From a phage, in NCBI GenBank assembly GCA_036604865.1, contig GCA_036604865.1_4856.1: a stretch of 47,773 nucleotides of DNA; one strand, given 5' to 3'. This document shows, in pieces, positions 10,517 to 20,430 of this stretch. The translations under genes were made by a program, and so were the position numbers. The notes under the pieces are model-generated. The model had not been told where the DNA came from, did not search any database, and was given only the letters and a program-made list of their open reading frames with translations. Every line of letters begins with the position of its first letter. The stretch's first letter is position 1.

Positions 10517-10676
10517 TTAGTACGTCCTCAGCAAGTTTGCGGAACATGATTTGCACTCTTGCCACCTTGCGCCACTCAGTCTCGGTGAGAATCACATCTT
10601 CCTGCTTCGGCATTCCCGACATTTCGCATGGCGGTAGCAGCTCATACTCTTGTTTCTTGCGTTTGGCTTTCCCCAT
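10500..10676 (-). CDS. hypothetical small basic protein (58 aa)
   Basis: Not in ORF track; MGKAKRKKQEYELLPPCEMSG...; SD aagggg; overlaps both neighbours, so uncertain. Confidence 0.25.
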   Translation of the reverse strand: MGKAKRKKQEYELLPPCEMSGMPKQEDVILTETEWRKVARVQIMFRKLAEDVLNEMGY

Positions 10677-11130
10677 GATGACCCCTTACATTGCGAAGCA
10701 GTGAATTGAACAGGTTGTTCACATTTACTTCATGCTCCTGCCATGAGTAACGCCACAGCTTCTTGTGGTGGTCATAGCTTCGCGTCACATCGCCGTTATG
10801 AAACATAATGCGAATGCGGCTTTTCACGATTCGGTAATCAATGCCAGTTGCGGCGCTGATTTCTTTCACTTCTGCGCCAGCACTATCAAGCAAATGGCAC
10901 TTAATCGCATCATCAATGCCTGCCGCATCATCAGAGACGAAATACTTATACTGCCATTTTCCACCGCGAATCACTGACTTCTCGCGGCGAATGAAGCCAA
11001 GTGCAAGCATCTCATGCAGACGATGCGTTGTAGTGCTTGAATGCTTTCCGCCGCAATTCTTCTCAATGTATGCGCGCGTTGCTCCTGGGTGATTCATAAT
11101 CACGCGCATTATTTGCGATTTATAGTCCAT
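10642..11130 (-). CDS. putative DNA-binding protein (winged-helix-like)
   Basis: 162 aa; two helix-turn-helix-like segments (IMRVIMNHPGATRAYI... and EISAATGIDYRIVKSRI...); inference from pattern. Confidence 0.4.
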   Translation of the reverse strand: MDYKSQIMRVIMNHPGATRAYIEKNCGGKHSSTTTHRLHEMLALGFIRREKSVIRGGKWQYKYFVSDDAAGIDDAIKCHLLDSAGAEVKEISAATGIDYRIVKSRIRIMFHNGDVTRSYDHHKKLWRYSWQEHEVNVNNLFNSLLRNVRGHHGESQTQETRV

Positions 11131-11377
11131 AATCGCGCTCCTCTGCTGCCTGATTGAAGTCGTCTGCGGTGTAGAGGTGTCCGTTGCGGGTATTCCATCT
11201 CTTTACGGCGTTTTCCCGTAAGCTCCAGTAGTCAGTTCCATTTCCACACATCGCACAGGCAACAAAAAATACACCTCCTTGTATATCGCTATAAGCCTCA
11301 TTTTCTCCGCAAAACGGACACTCCAGCAACCCTTCGTCGTTCATCATCGGCATATGTGGTGCGCTCATTTTACCCAC
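11120..11377 (-). CDS. Lar-like restriction alleviation protein (zinc ribbon)
   Basis: LECPFCG...CAMCG...AVKRWNTR matches the Lar family pattern CPFCG...C..CG...A..WN.R. Confidence 0.5.
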   Translation of the reverse strand: MGKMSAPHMPMMNDEGLLECPFCGENEAYSDIQGGVFFVACAMCGNGTDYWSLRENAVKRWNTRNGHLYTADDFNQAAEERDYGL

Positions 11378-11559
11378 TCCCCAAGATTGTTAAATTTAGG
11401 TGTATTGCCAGACCAGTCGATAACATCCTTCTGCTGACTGCGCTTGCGTTGCAGTCGGTTACGCACTTCTCGCAATTCGCACTCCAGCCATTCGCGAGTG
11501 CGTTCAACTTCATTTAGTCGCTGGATTAGCGATTCTTCGTACAGTTCGTCATGCGCCAT
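11365..11559 (-). CDS. hypothetical small protein
   Basis: 64-aa ORF, charged and helical-looking. Confidence 0.4.
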   Translation of the reverse strand: MAHDELYEESLIQRLNEVERTREWLECELREVRNRLQRKRSQQKDVIDWSGNTPKFNNLGEWVK

Positions 11560-11619
11560 TTATAATTTCTCCCGTAGAATTTGATAACAACGTGCTCAAC
11601 GCACAGATAACCTTCATCT

Positions 11620-11817
11620 TCAACCGTTACTGGTTGAACTATAAACCACCGCAGATATAAGTTCGTCAGCCTTTTCACGACCTGCAACCTCCGCCTCAAG
11701 CGCCAGTGAACACATGGCAGTTTCCACAAACTTAATGGTATCCTCGCGAACGTTAAGGATTTCCATAACCTCGCGAACCTCCTTCTGGTATCTCGCTGCT
11801 ATTTCTTTGTATCGCAT
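11620..11817 (-). CDS. hypothetical small protein
   Basis: ORF track 11620-11847; Met at 11817 follows SD aaggtga and leaves the promoter motif outside the CDS. Confidence 0.4.
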   Translation of the reverse strand: MRYKEIAARYQKEVREVMEILNVREDTIKFVETAMCSLALEAEVAGREKADELISAVVYSSTSNG

Positions 11818-11844
11818 TTCCACATCACCTTTTTCGTTGTGGTA

Positions 11845-11890
11845 CAATCTACGTCAATAAGTATTGACTAAATGATGTAGATTGGTCAAC
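11845..11890. promoter_or_regulatory. divergent regulatory region with TTGACGTAGATTG motif (minus orientation) and TTGACT plus GATGTAGATTG (plus orientation)
   Basis: caatctacgtcaa at 11845-11857 is the reverse complement of the motif at 2505 and 14624; promoter geometry here is not canonical. Confidence 0.4.
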
Positions 11891-11917
11891 AATAATTTTC
11901 GAGAAGGAGTAGTAAAT

Positions 11918-12112
11918 ATGCCAAGACCACGACGCGAGCCGATGGACATTATCACCAGCATTGTGGAGAAGCGGCAGCCGCTGACACTCCGTGATGTTCG
12001 CTACTTTGCCCGTTGCTATGTGGCACTGGCTGATATGCCGAAAGATGAGATGTACGATTTGATTCGTGAGAATTTTGATGTTGATGCAAATAATCGGGTG
12101 ACGATGAAATGA
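11918..12112 (+). CDS. hypothetical small protein
   Basis: ORF track 11882-12112; ATG at 11918 has SD aaggag eight nt upstream. Confidence 0.45.
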   Translation: MPRPRREPMDIITSIVEKRQPLTLRDVRYFARCYVALADMPKDEMYDLIRENFDVDANNRVTMK

Positions 12113-12693
12113 AAAAGTGGAAATATCTGAAAGGTTGTGAGGATGATTTTGCTGGCCATAACGCGGCTTATCTTGTAGTTAAGTCAGGAAGGACTGGTGA
12201 TATTTTCTATCTAAGCAAATATTATGCTGGTCGCATTGAAGTGATTGAGGGTTGCGGGGATGTAGTCATTGCATACCGCGAGCCAATTGCCGACGAACAA
12301 GACCTCAACGAATGCATTGGCGCACCGGAAGCCGATGTGAAGCGAGGTGGTTTTATTCCCAACACCACATTTGTTGGCGATTTCCTGCCTGAAGGATATC
12401 CGACTTTTGGACACACTAATTGCCGATGCAAGTCAGCTAAAGTTGGCGAGATTCACATTGACGGGAAACGTGATAAGGCGAAACTTGCAAACAAATACCT
12501 GCACGAGATTAAGCCGGGTTTATTTGTTGACGTGTACGACGTGCTTATGGCATGGAATGTCACCAACCCTGCATTGCAGCACTTAATCAAGAAGGCATTA
12601 CAGGCTGGCGAACGCGGACATAAATCACGCGAACAGGATTTGCAAGACATCATTGACAGCGCAATTCGCGCAAAAGAACTGGAGAGTAAGTAA
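12109..12693 (+). CDS. hypothetical protein
   Basis: 194-aa ORF with ATGA overlaps to both neighbours; no domain recognised. Confidence 0.5.
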   Translation: MKKWKYLKGCEDDFAGHNAAYLVVKSGRTGDIFYLSKYYAGRIEVIEGCGDVVIAYREPIADEQDLNECIGAPEADVKRGGFIPNTTFVGDFLPEGYPTFGHTNCRCKSAKVGEIHIDGKRDKAKLANKYLHEIKPGLFVDVYDVLMAWNVTNPALQHLIKKALQAGERGHKSREQDLQDIIDSAIRAKELESK

Positions 12694-13001
12694 TGGCATT
12701 TTGCGACATCACCATCGCGCAACGAAACGCGAACTACACCAACATCGCTGACACTTCCGCACAACTGGTATCACTGAACAGCGACGGCAGCGCAGTGCTA
12801 AAAATCGGCACGGAAACCGCGCAATTCATCGTGCAGAACCTGTCGCAGGCAAACGCAAAGCAGGTGCTGATTAGCACGGGTAGCGTTCTTTTTCTTGCTG
12901 GCAATTACAATGCGCCGAACCTTGAGTGTTCGCTGGTGCGCATTGTTGAAACTACGGTTGAGGAATCTGCTGATGAACCAGCAACATCAACAGCAGAGTG
13001 A
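12693..13001 (+). CDS. hypothetical protein
   Basis: 102-aa ORF, start overlaps previous stop. Confidence 0.45.
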   Translation: MAFCDITIAQRNANYTNIADTSAQLVSLNSDGSAVLKIGTETAQFIVQNLSQANAKQVLISTGSVLFLAGNYNAPNLECSLVRIVETTVEESADEPATSTAE

Positions 13002-13128
13002 ATCGCCAAAGCCATCGGCATGGTGTGAGAAAATGGAACGCAACGCAAAGGATGGTGATGAAGCGTATGCTTATTTTCAGCTGAAGCAGATGTGGAAGCA
13101 GAGAGAAGAGTCGGAACACACCAGTTGA
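12973..13128 (+). CDS. hypothetical small Gln-rich protein
   Basis: ORF track 12895-13128; ATG at 12973 after SD gaggaa; overlaps the end of the previous gene. Confidence 0.3.
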   Translation: MNQQHQQQSESPKPSAWCEKMERNAKDGDEAYAYFQLKQMWKQREESEHTS

Positions 13129-13130
13129 AA

Positions 13131-13155
13131 CAAGCCCCTTATGGGGCTTTTTTAT
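13131..13155. terminator. rho-independent terminator (agcccc-ttat-ggggct then ttttttatt)
   Basis: Hairpin 13133-13148 and T-run; terminates the plus cassette; overlaps the 3-prime end of the spanin gene. Confidence 0.55.
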
Positions 13156-13630
13156 TGCGTAATGAGTCGTACTGAAGCTGACAACTCAATCCAGCGTTGT
13201 AATACCTGTCAGCTTCTTCCGCTGTTCGTCGATAAGCATCGTTGCTTTCTTCAAGCATCCCTCCAAGCATAATGATGACCTCGCGGGTTGTCTTGCCAGA
13301 TGACTCAGTTCCGGTATATTGGCTTGCGAGCTGGCGGATTCTATCGAGTTCCCCGCGCATCCGCTTAGCACTGGACTCAGCATTAACAGCATCATTACGC
13401 GCAGCATCAATCCTTTGTTGTGCGTCGGCCTGAATCTTTTGCAGTTCTGCATTGCGTCTTTGTTCCTCTTGTTCGTCTGCTGCCTTCCGTTCTGCGATGG
13501 CTTTTGCATATCCAGCGGCATATTGTTGCTCACCATAGCTGGATACCTTATTTGCTACCCACAATGCGCCAGCAGCAACAATTATAATAATTGCCAGTGG
13601 TCGCCAGTATTTAGCGAGAATCGACATCAT
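13139..13630 (-). CDS. i-spanin (Rz-like)
   Basis: N-terminal membrane anchor WRPLAIIIIVAAGALWVA then long coiled-coil; directly downstream of endolysin; contains an embedded lipoprotein ORF. Confidence 0.6.
   Translation of the reverse strand: MMSILAKYWRPLAIIIIVAAGALWVANKVSSYGEQQYAAGYAKAIAERKAADEQEEQRRNAELQKIQADAQQRIDAARNDAVNAESSAKRMRGELDRIRQLASQYTGTESSGKTTREVIIMLGGMLEESNDAYRRTAEEADRYYNAGLSCQLQYDSLRNKKAP
13186..13407 (-). CDS. o-spanin (Rz1-like lipoprotein) embedded in the i-spanin gene
   Basis: Alternate frame inside 13139-13630; signal peptide with lipobox LSGC (MLRVMMLLMLSPVLSGCAG); ORF track 13186-13536, start trimmed to Met at 13407. Confidence 0.55.
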   Translation of the reverse strand: MLRVMMLLMLSPVLSGCAGNSIESASSQANIPELSHLARQPARSSLCLEGCLKKATMLIDEQRKKLTGITTLD

Positions 13631-13850
13631 TGCGCAGCCTCCTGTTTTCCTTTCTCATGCCGTGCATTTTGCCGAACATTGATAACACGAGTACGGAATA
13701 GCTTATCCCTTTAACCACCGAATCTGGTATCTCGGATTTTAGGTCGTCTGGCATAAACATCCATACATGCGTCATGGAGTCAGGCCACAGCTCAAGGTAT
13801 GAGCAAAATGAAAGCCAGACACCAATGAACCAGTTGCTTAGCTTTTTCAT
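13611..13850 (-). CDS. putative holin-like membrane protein
   Basis: 79 aa; two hydrophobic segments and a basic C-terminal tail (KMHGMRKENRRLRND); sits between endolysin and spanin. Confidence 0.35.
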   Translation of the reverse strand: MKKLSNWFIGVWLSFCSYLELWPDSMTHVWMFMPDDLKSEIPDSVVKGISYSVLVLSMFGKMHGMRKENRRLRNDVDSR

Positions 13851-14311
13851 GCCACAGCTCCGCCAGCCTCTTTGTATACCTGAATCAGCTTATCCAGTTT
13901 CTGCTCATGCTGACCATAACCAGCGCCCGGTAATGAAGCCCAGCGGGAGCGGCATTTATGGATAGCACCAGCAATGCGACCAGCCTCAATATCAGCAGTG
14001 GCCTTGCATTCACGGATTAGCTGCATTGCAATGGCGTCCTGCGATGCGGGGGAGAAGTCAGGCAGGCGCAGTTGCTTTTTGTATGCATCATAAAACTTAG
14101 CCAGCACCTGATAGCGCCCGGCGGCGGTGGATTTGATGCCCAGCTTAGGCAGGCTAATCAGCTTGCGCGGGTGATCAGAATAGTCAGTAAACAGTGAGCC
14201 GCCGACAATCACATCATAACCATGATTATTGGTTTTCTGTCGCCCGTTATCAGTCCCCTCGCTGTACGCCAGCATATCCAGAAACGCCTTCATGTTTTTG
14301 CTAATAGCCAT
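13847..14311 (-). CDS. endolysin, lambda R-like lytic transglycosylase
   Basis: KAFLDMLAYSEGTDNGRQKTNNHGYDVIVGG...DYSDHPRK...WASLPGAGYGQ closely parallels phage lambda R including the catalytic Glu in SEGT; ORF track start trimmed to Met at 14311. Confidence 0.8.
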   Translation of the reverse strand: MAISKNMKAFLDMLAYSEGTDNGRQKTNNHGYDVIVGGSLFTDYSDHPRKLISLPKLGIKSTAAGRYQVLAKFYDAYKKQLRLPDFSPASQDAIAMQLIRECKATADIEAGRIAGAIHKCRSRWASLPGAGYGQHEQKLDKLIQVYKEAGGAVA

Positions 14312-14579
14312 ACCAGTAAACCTCTTTTTCAGCTTTGCGTTTTGCTTTGTTGTCGGTCTTCTCGCCCCACACAATAAAGTGCGCAACGGCACATGAGAAG
14401 CAGCGGAGATTGTGTTTCTTCAGGAGCGTTGACTTGCGGAACGTGTCAATGCCAATGTCAGTGGCAAGGCTTGTCAGCGCATCAAACTGATTCTGTGTTG
14501 TCTCGGTAGTGATGTAAGGCGATATATCAACGGCATCGGTGATTCCAAGCGTCTCCACGCCGCGTTGCGATAGTTTCAT
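14301..14579 (-). CDS. hypothetical protein upstream of endolysin
   Basis: 92-aa ORF with strong SD aggagg five nt before ATG; not obviously membrane-spanning. Confidence 0.45.
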   Translation of the reverse strand: MKLSQRGVETLGITDAVDISPYITTETTQNQFDALTSLATDIGIDTFRKSTLLKKHNLRCFSCAVAHFIVWGEKTDNKAKRKAEKEVYWYGY

Positions 14580-14623
14580 TCTGCCTCCTGTTCAAATAAT
14601 GATTAATTCTATCACAACAGGTA

Positions 14624-14652
14624 TTGACGTAGATTGAGTGGTGGTGCATAGT
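14624..14652 (+). promoter_or_regulatory. sigma70-type promoter TTGACG-17-CATAGT with TAGATTG abutting the -35
   Basis: ttgacg at 14624-14629, catagt at 14647-14652; same architecture as the promoter at 2505. Confidence 0.55.
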
Positions 14653-14680
14653 ATCTACATCAAATAGAGAGGTGGTAAAC

Positions 14681-14872
14681 ATGAGTACGCTTGAATTGGT
14701 TGAACGCTCGATAATTACGCTGTGGGTTCTTTCTTTGGCTTTTGGTTTGTGCGCGTTCTATAAACCATGGGCATGGCAAAGAAAAAGCTACTTCGCCATA
14801 ATTTACGGCCCATTCTGCGTTATGAGCATGATTGCGGCGCTATTCTTCGTTATTGATTTGGTGTGGTCATGA
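14681..14872 (+). CDS. small two-helix membrane protein
   Basis: ORF track 14672-14872; ATG at 14681 after SD agagaggtgg; two hydrophobic helices. Confidence 0.5.
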   Translation: MSTLELVERSIITLWVLSLAFGLCAFYKPWAWQRKSYFAIIYGPFCVMSMIAALFFVIDLVWS

Positions 14873-15015
14873 TGGTAATGGTCAAATTCAAAGAAAACGG
14901 ACGCTGCGGAATGTTCGGACTTGAGCAAATCAAAATCCGCCCATGCGGCAAGGTGGCTGCGCCATTTGGCCTGTTGCAGATGCGTGAATGCGAAATTATT
15001 GAATATATTAAGTGA
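14869..15015 (+). CDS. hypothetical small Cys-containing protein (48 aa)
   Basis: Not in ORF track; ATGA overlap with the previous gene; MMVMVKFKENGRCGMFG... Confidence 0.3.
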   Translation: MMVMVKFKENGRCGMFGLEQIKIRPCGKVAAPFGLLQMRECEIIEYIK

Positions 15016-15023
15016 GGTTGGTG

Positions 15024-15323
15024 ATGAAAGAATTTAAAGGTACGCATGGCCCGTGGAATTACTGCGCTGATGAGCCAGATTGGGTTACAGATAGCAATGA
15101 CAATATAGCTGTAGCAAGGGTCACTCGTTACAACGCGGATGCGGAAGCTCAACATGCAAACGCAAAATTAATCGCAGCATCACCGGAACTGCTCGCAGCA
15201 CTCCAGCAATTACTGGAAATCTACGACGACAACTCCGACAAAGTCTGGACAACATCAAGCAAGCGTCGCGCTCTGGGTAATGCGCGTGCGGCGGTTAATA
15301 AGGCATTGGGAGAAACAAAATGA
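15024..15323 (+). CDS. hypothetical protein
   Basis: ORF track 15012-15323; ATG at 15024 after SD gaggttggtg. Confidence 0.5.
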   Translation: MKEFKGTHGPWNYCADEPDWVTDSNDNIAVARVTRYNADAEAQHANAKLIAASPELLAALQQLLEIYDDNSDKVWTTSSKRRALGNARAAVNKALGETK

Positions 15324-15964
15324 AACTTATCGACTTGTTAGTTCAAGAATTGCCTAAGCGTGGCGGGTGGCCTAATGGTGCGGAATACTGTCATCTAACA
15401 CAATACGATCGCCACTGCTTAACCATTGTTTTTTCTCACAAGCAGGTTGGCACAGGAAATAATTCAACAATATCAAAGGAAGAAATGGTTTTTTCTGGTA
15501 TTGGTTACCTTGGCGATACATTGTATGGATGCATAGTTACAGCTAAAGAATACGAATCCGCACTCTCAGCATCGAAAAAGCCAACATGGAACGGAGAAGG
15601 TCTTCCTCCGGTTGGTGCAAAAGTAGAATTCTTCATTAATCCAAAGTTAAGATACCGCAATGCCTGGATTCCTGATGCCGGCACTGAAATGGAAGTTGTG
15701 GCGCACAAAACAACAACGGACGGGAACGATGTTGCTGTTTGCTATTGGGATGATGATGGCGCTGGTCGGTCATGCTGCTTCGTACCGGAAAGCCTAAAAC
15801 CACTACGCACAGAAGCAGATAAGAAACGAGATGCCGCGGCTGAGGCCATTGATCGGTATATGCCTGAATTTATCCCTGACACACCAAATGAGTATTATCA
15901 CGCAAAGAAAATTTACGACGCCATCGCAGCAGGCAAGATTCCCGGCGTGAAACTGGATGATTAA
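15320..15964 (+). CDS. hypothetical protein
   Basis: 214-aa ORF, ATGA overlap with the previous gene; no domain recognised. Confidence 0.5.
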   Translation: MKLIDLLVQELPKRGGWPNGAEYCHLTQYDRHCLTIVFSHKQVGTGNNSTISKEEMVFSGIGYLGDTLYGCIVTAKEYESALSASKKPTWNGEGLPPVGAKVEFFINPKLRYRNAWIPDAGTEMEVVAHKTTTDGNDVAVCYWDDDGAGRSCCFVPESLKPLRTEADKKRDAAAEAIDRYMPEFIPDTPNEYYHAKKIYDAIAAGKIPGVKLDD

Positions 15965-16040
15965 AACAATATTCAGCGTCGTAGAGATATTGTGCTACGC
16001 GATAATAATATTTGTTCTGTGTATGCTGATAAGATAAAAC

Positions 16041-16070
16041 CAAGCCCTCACTTCGAGGGCTTTTTGTTTG
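16041..16070. terminator. rho-independent terminator (gccctc-acttc-gagggc then tttttgtttg)
   Basis: Hairpin 16044-16060 and T-run after the plus cassette; overlaps the 3-prime end of minus gene 16048-16998. Confidence 0.5.
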
Positions 16071-16998
16071 CCGATTGCCATGCCTCACGCTGCTTATCAA
16101 GCCTTTCCTGCGATGACTCAAGAATGACTGGTTTTCCATCCATTAACAATGCTGGAGTTTGAGCGCAGTGGCAATTATATCTATTGCCATTCTCGCTATA
16201 GAACGTGTCAATCTCTTCTGGCGTGTAAAACCGCCCGTGTCTCGCCGCGTGAGTCTGGCGTGTTGTGCGCATTAATGCTGATTGCCACAACATCACTGTT
16301 TCAATACCTAATTCCTCGCGCGCCTCAATGACCTCCCGCCTGTTTGCCTGCCGCAGCGTTCCGGTTATTTCAGTCTGCGCTAACTGCTTCGCGTAACTGT
16401 GAGATACATCAACACGCTTGGCGATGTCAGCCTCAACATCACGAGGATTAGCACCACGAGCAATGCCTTCCATAATGACAGATGCCAGTTGCTGACGGGA
16501 ATAATCACTCAATCCGCGCCAGTCTGAGTAACCTTGCGTGTACGCCAGTTGCAGTCGACTCAGGTAAGGCTCACTGTAGAGTATTGCAGCAATCGGCCTC
16601 TGCTCGGCGTAAACCGGAGACAGACTTGACAGTTCTGAGTTTGCCTTCTGCGTTCCGGCCTGATACGCATCACCAATGAATACGTTAGCCCACATCATGC
16701 CGTGACCGAAATCATCACCTTCAAGCAGGATTTCATCAATCAGCGCCTGTAATTCATCCATGAAAGTGGCGGCCCGCGCACTGCTGAAGTCATAGAAATA
16801 CAGGCCACTTGATTCTGCATTAGCCTGACTACCAGGAATAGTGCGAAACAACTCAAGCGCACGACTCCTTAGTTGTTTGTATTTGCGCGTTATCACCTTA
16901 TCCATTTTCGAAAGGCGAGTCGCAGCGCCTAACGGGTCGGTAAGGCTCTGCGATATGCGCGGTTGCGGAAGTCTGGCGTTAAACCGGAGTATCTTCAT
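16048..16998 (-). CDS. head morphogenesis protein (SPP1 gp7 / Mu F-like minor head protein)
   Basis: 316-aa ORF in the conserved terminase-portal-head morphogenesis order; assignment from size, position and general resemblance. Confidence 0.5.
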   Translation of the reverse strand: MKILRFNARLPQPRISQSLTDPLGAATRLSKMDKVITRKYKQLRSRALELFRTIPGSQANAESSGLYFYDFSSARAATFMDELQALIDEILLEGDDFGHGMMWANVFIGDAYQAGTQKANSELSSLSPVYAEQRPIAAILYSEPYLSRLQLAYTQGYSDWRGLSDYSRQQLASVIMEGIARGANPRDVEADIAKRVDVSHSYAKQLAQTEITGTLRQANRREVIEAREELGIETVMLWQSALMRTTRQTHAARHGRFYTPEEIDTFYSENGNRYNCHCAQTPALLMDGKPVILESSQERLDKQREAWQSANKKPSK

Positions 16999-17899
16999 TT
17001 CCCTTTTCCTCCATGCTTTAAAACCAAATCAGCCGCCTCGTGGGTTGATATATTGAAAAATTCGCTCGCCCCATCAAATCCGGTTAATCCTGCATTTTTA
17101 TGTTTTATTTCTTTATGTATCATTGATTCAGCCCTTCTCGCGTCAGCCCATGATGGGAATGAGTGCTCAGCAACCACGGTAACAGTTTTCCCTGCTGATT
17201 TTGATATGCTCTTCATTCTTCTTTTGGTGTTGTTGCTTATCCCGATCTTGCACATGCCATCCATTTCAGCCACATATAAGTTTGCAGGCTTAAACCCATA
17301 AGCAGTGCATTTATTGCAACCTGATCCCCTTAAGTGTGAGTTTGGTGTCTGGTAAAAATCGCCATGGATATGACATGTTATACATACTTTCCTTGAGCTT
17401 TTCACATAATTAACTTCTCGTATGAGTATCTCTTCCCATGAATTGCTTTTGCTTTTGTTATGAATGATGCTTTATTGTCGCTGAATTTGTCGGACAGATG
17501 CTCAAGTTTGCACAAGGGGCAACCATTACCTGATAAATGGTTGGCTGGTTGCTGGGAAAAATCACCGTGCTTTTGGCATGTTATTACCACCTTTCGGTGA
17601 GTTCCGGTATATACGCACTTGTCATATGAATATTTATCACCATGGACCATTTTAGCCTTGGAGATAAATTCATCATTTGATGCCATCAATTTTCTTGCCC
17701 GAACATCTCTAGCGCAAAGTTCGCAGCCGTAGCCAGCGAGATGGCACTCCGCTTTTTGAGTAAAGTCGCCATGTTTTCTGCACGTTATTGTTACTTGATT
17801 CTTCGTTCCGGAGAATGCCAATTTATCATAAATGTACTTGTCACCATGTTTTTGCTTGGCGCGAGAAATGAAGTCTTCCGTGGTGAGTCTTTTAGCCAT
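16995..17899 (-). pseudogene. T5orf172 (GIY-YIG-like) domain protein with three N-terminal Cys/His repeats, split into two ORFs by a single-nucleotide frame change near 17403
   Basis: Repeats FI(S/T)(R/K)AK..HG.KY.Y.K....(11 aa)..ITC..HGDF.Q....HL.G.GC..C occur three times; the third spans the ORF junction with correct spacing only after a -1 shift at ATGTGAAAAG; C-terminal LYVAEMDGMCKIGISNN..RR resembles the T5orf172 core. Confidence 0.5.
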
Positions 17900-17993
17900 G
17901 ATTAACCCCGTAGTAGGTTCGTAGATTGAGGATGCAGCAGGGTGTCTACGTTCACCTTTTCGTCTGGCCGGACTAGCTGCACTTGTGATTATA

Positions 17994-19418
<1,425 letters not shown>

Positions 19419-19422
19419 TCAC

Positions 19423-19454
19423 CAATAAAAAATCCCATCACGTTGGATGGGATT
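19423..19454 (-). terminator. rho-independent terminator on minus strand (atcccatc-acgtt-gatgggat then T-run)
   Basis: Read on minus strand the hairpin 19432-19453 is followed by ttttttatt; located just upstream of the portal gene. Confidence 0.5.
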
Positions 19455-19488
19455 ATAACACGAGCTTGCAGTGGCTATGGTTGATGGC

Positions 19489-19722
19489 TTATTCTCTCCG
19501 TGATGGCATTGCAATCATCGGTTGCGTTTGTCTTTGCATGATAGATAATAGCTCACCCTTGTAATGTTCTGTAATTTCATTTTGCCCTTTCATGTAAATC
19601 AAGATGGCTTCCTGTTCAGTGACAATTCCTTGCTTAAACAAGGTTATTATTTTCCTTGCCATAGTATCGCAAAGAGACAATTCTTCAAGGTATTGAATCG
19701 GCGTTTCGCAGTTATCCATCAC
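19489..19722 (-). CDS. hypothetical small protein
   Basis: 77-aa ORF in ORF track. Confidence 0.4.
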   Translation of the reverse strand: MMDNCETPIQYLEELSLCDTMARKIITLFKQGIVTEQEAILIYMKGQNEITEHYKGELLSIMQRQTQPMIAMPSRRE

Positions 19723-19847
19723 TCCACCTTTTCCAGTTTATCAATAACAATATCGAACCCTTGTGATTGGAATCTGGCGGCATTCTCGTCCGCCATAAAT
19801 ACTTCGAAAGCATGAGCTGAGTTTGACGCAGCTATCACCATAGACAT
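19719..19847 (-). CDS. hypothetical small protein (42 aa)
   Basis: Not in ORF track; ATGA overlap with gene 19489-19722. Confidence 0.25.
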   Translation of the reverse strand: MSMVIAASNSAHAFEVFMADENAARFQSQGFDIVIDKLEKVE

Positions 19848-19902
19848 TTTGCGGCAACTTCACCACCACCAAGCACTTCAGCATGAATAAAATAAACGCT
19901 CA

Positions 19903-20094
19903 TCACTCAATCTCCTCACCATTAACCCAGCGCTGCAGGACTTCGATAAGCTGCGCGGCCTGATGTTTGTCGATGCCGATAGAGTTAACATCATCACCTT
20001 CACGGAATGAAGTGAGCATAATGATATTGTAATCACCAAAACTATCACTGACTTGCAGTTCATAGCAATTTTTCGTTTCATCAATAATCATCAC
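19903..20094 (-). CDS. hypothetical small acidic protein
   Basis: 63-aa ORF in ORF track. Confidence 0.4.
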   Translation of the reverse strand: MMIIDETKNCYELQVSDSFGDYNIIMLTSFREGDDVNSIGIDKHQAAQLIEVLQRWVNGEEIE

Positions 20095-20095
20095 A

Positions 20096-20302
20096 TCACC
20101 CTCTCAAAAAATCATTCTTGCAGCAGATACCCTTGTACCCACGCTTCTCTTGCAGGTTAACGAAAACATCATCCAGAACGCGCAGCAGGAAATCCTCGTC
20201 GATGTCATACCGACGGCAAATCACATCATCAGGCACACCAGCCCGCGCCAGTGAATAAACCTGCTCTTTTTCCTCCTGTGTGAATCCTGCATAGCTGCGC
20301 AT
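20096..20302 (-). CDS. hypothetical small protein
   Basis: ORF track 20096-20434; Met at 20302 (MRSYAGFTQEEKE...) keeps the promoter-motif cluster intergenic. Confidence 0.35.
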   Translation of the reverse strand: MRSYAGFTQEEKEQVYSLARAGVPDDVICRRYDIDEDFLLRVLDDVFVNLQEKRGYKGICCKNDFLRG

Positions 20303-20329
20303 AGTGATATCTCCGGTAAACCTGATGTA

Positions 20330-20430
20330 GATTATACTATGCGCTCGGTGTAGATTGGTCAAGTGTGGTGATGCGGATTTATCAACAATAATAAATGTTG
20401 ACGTAGATATGATGGTGATGTAGATTGTAA
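20330..20430. promoter_or_regulatory. cluster of four GTAGAT(T) motif copies including promoter TTGACG-17-TAGATT (20398-20426)
   Basis: gatgtagatta, ggtgtagattgg, gacgtagatat and gatgtagattgt lie within 100 bp; last two form a -35/-10 pair with 17-nt spacer. Confidence 0.5.
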
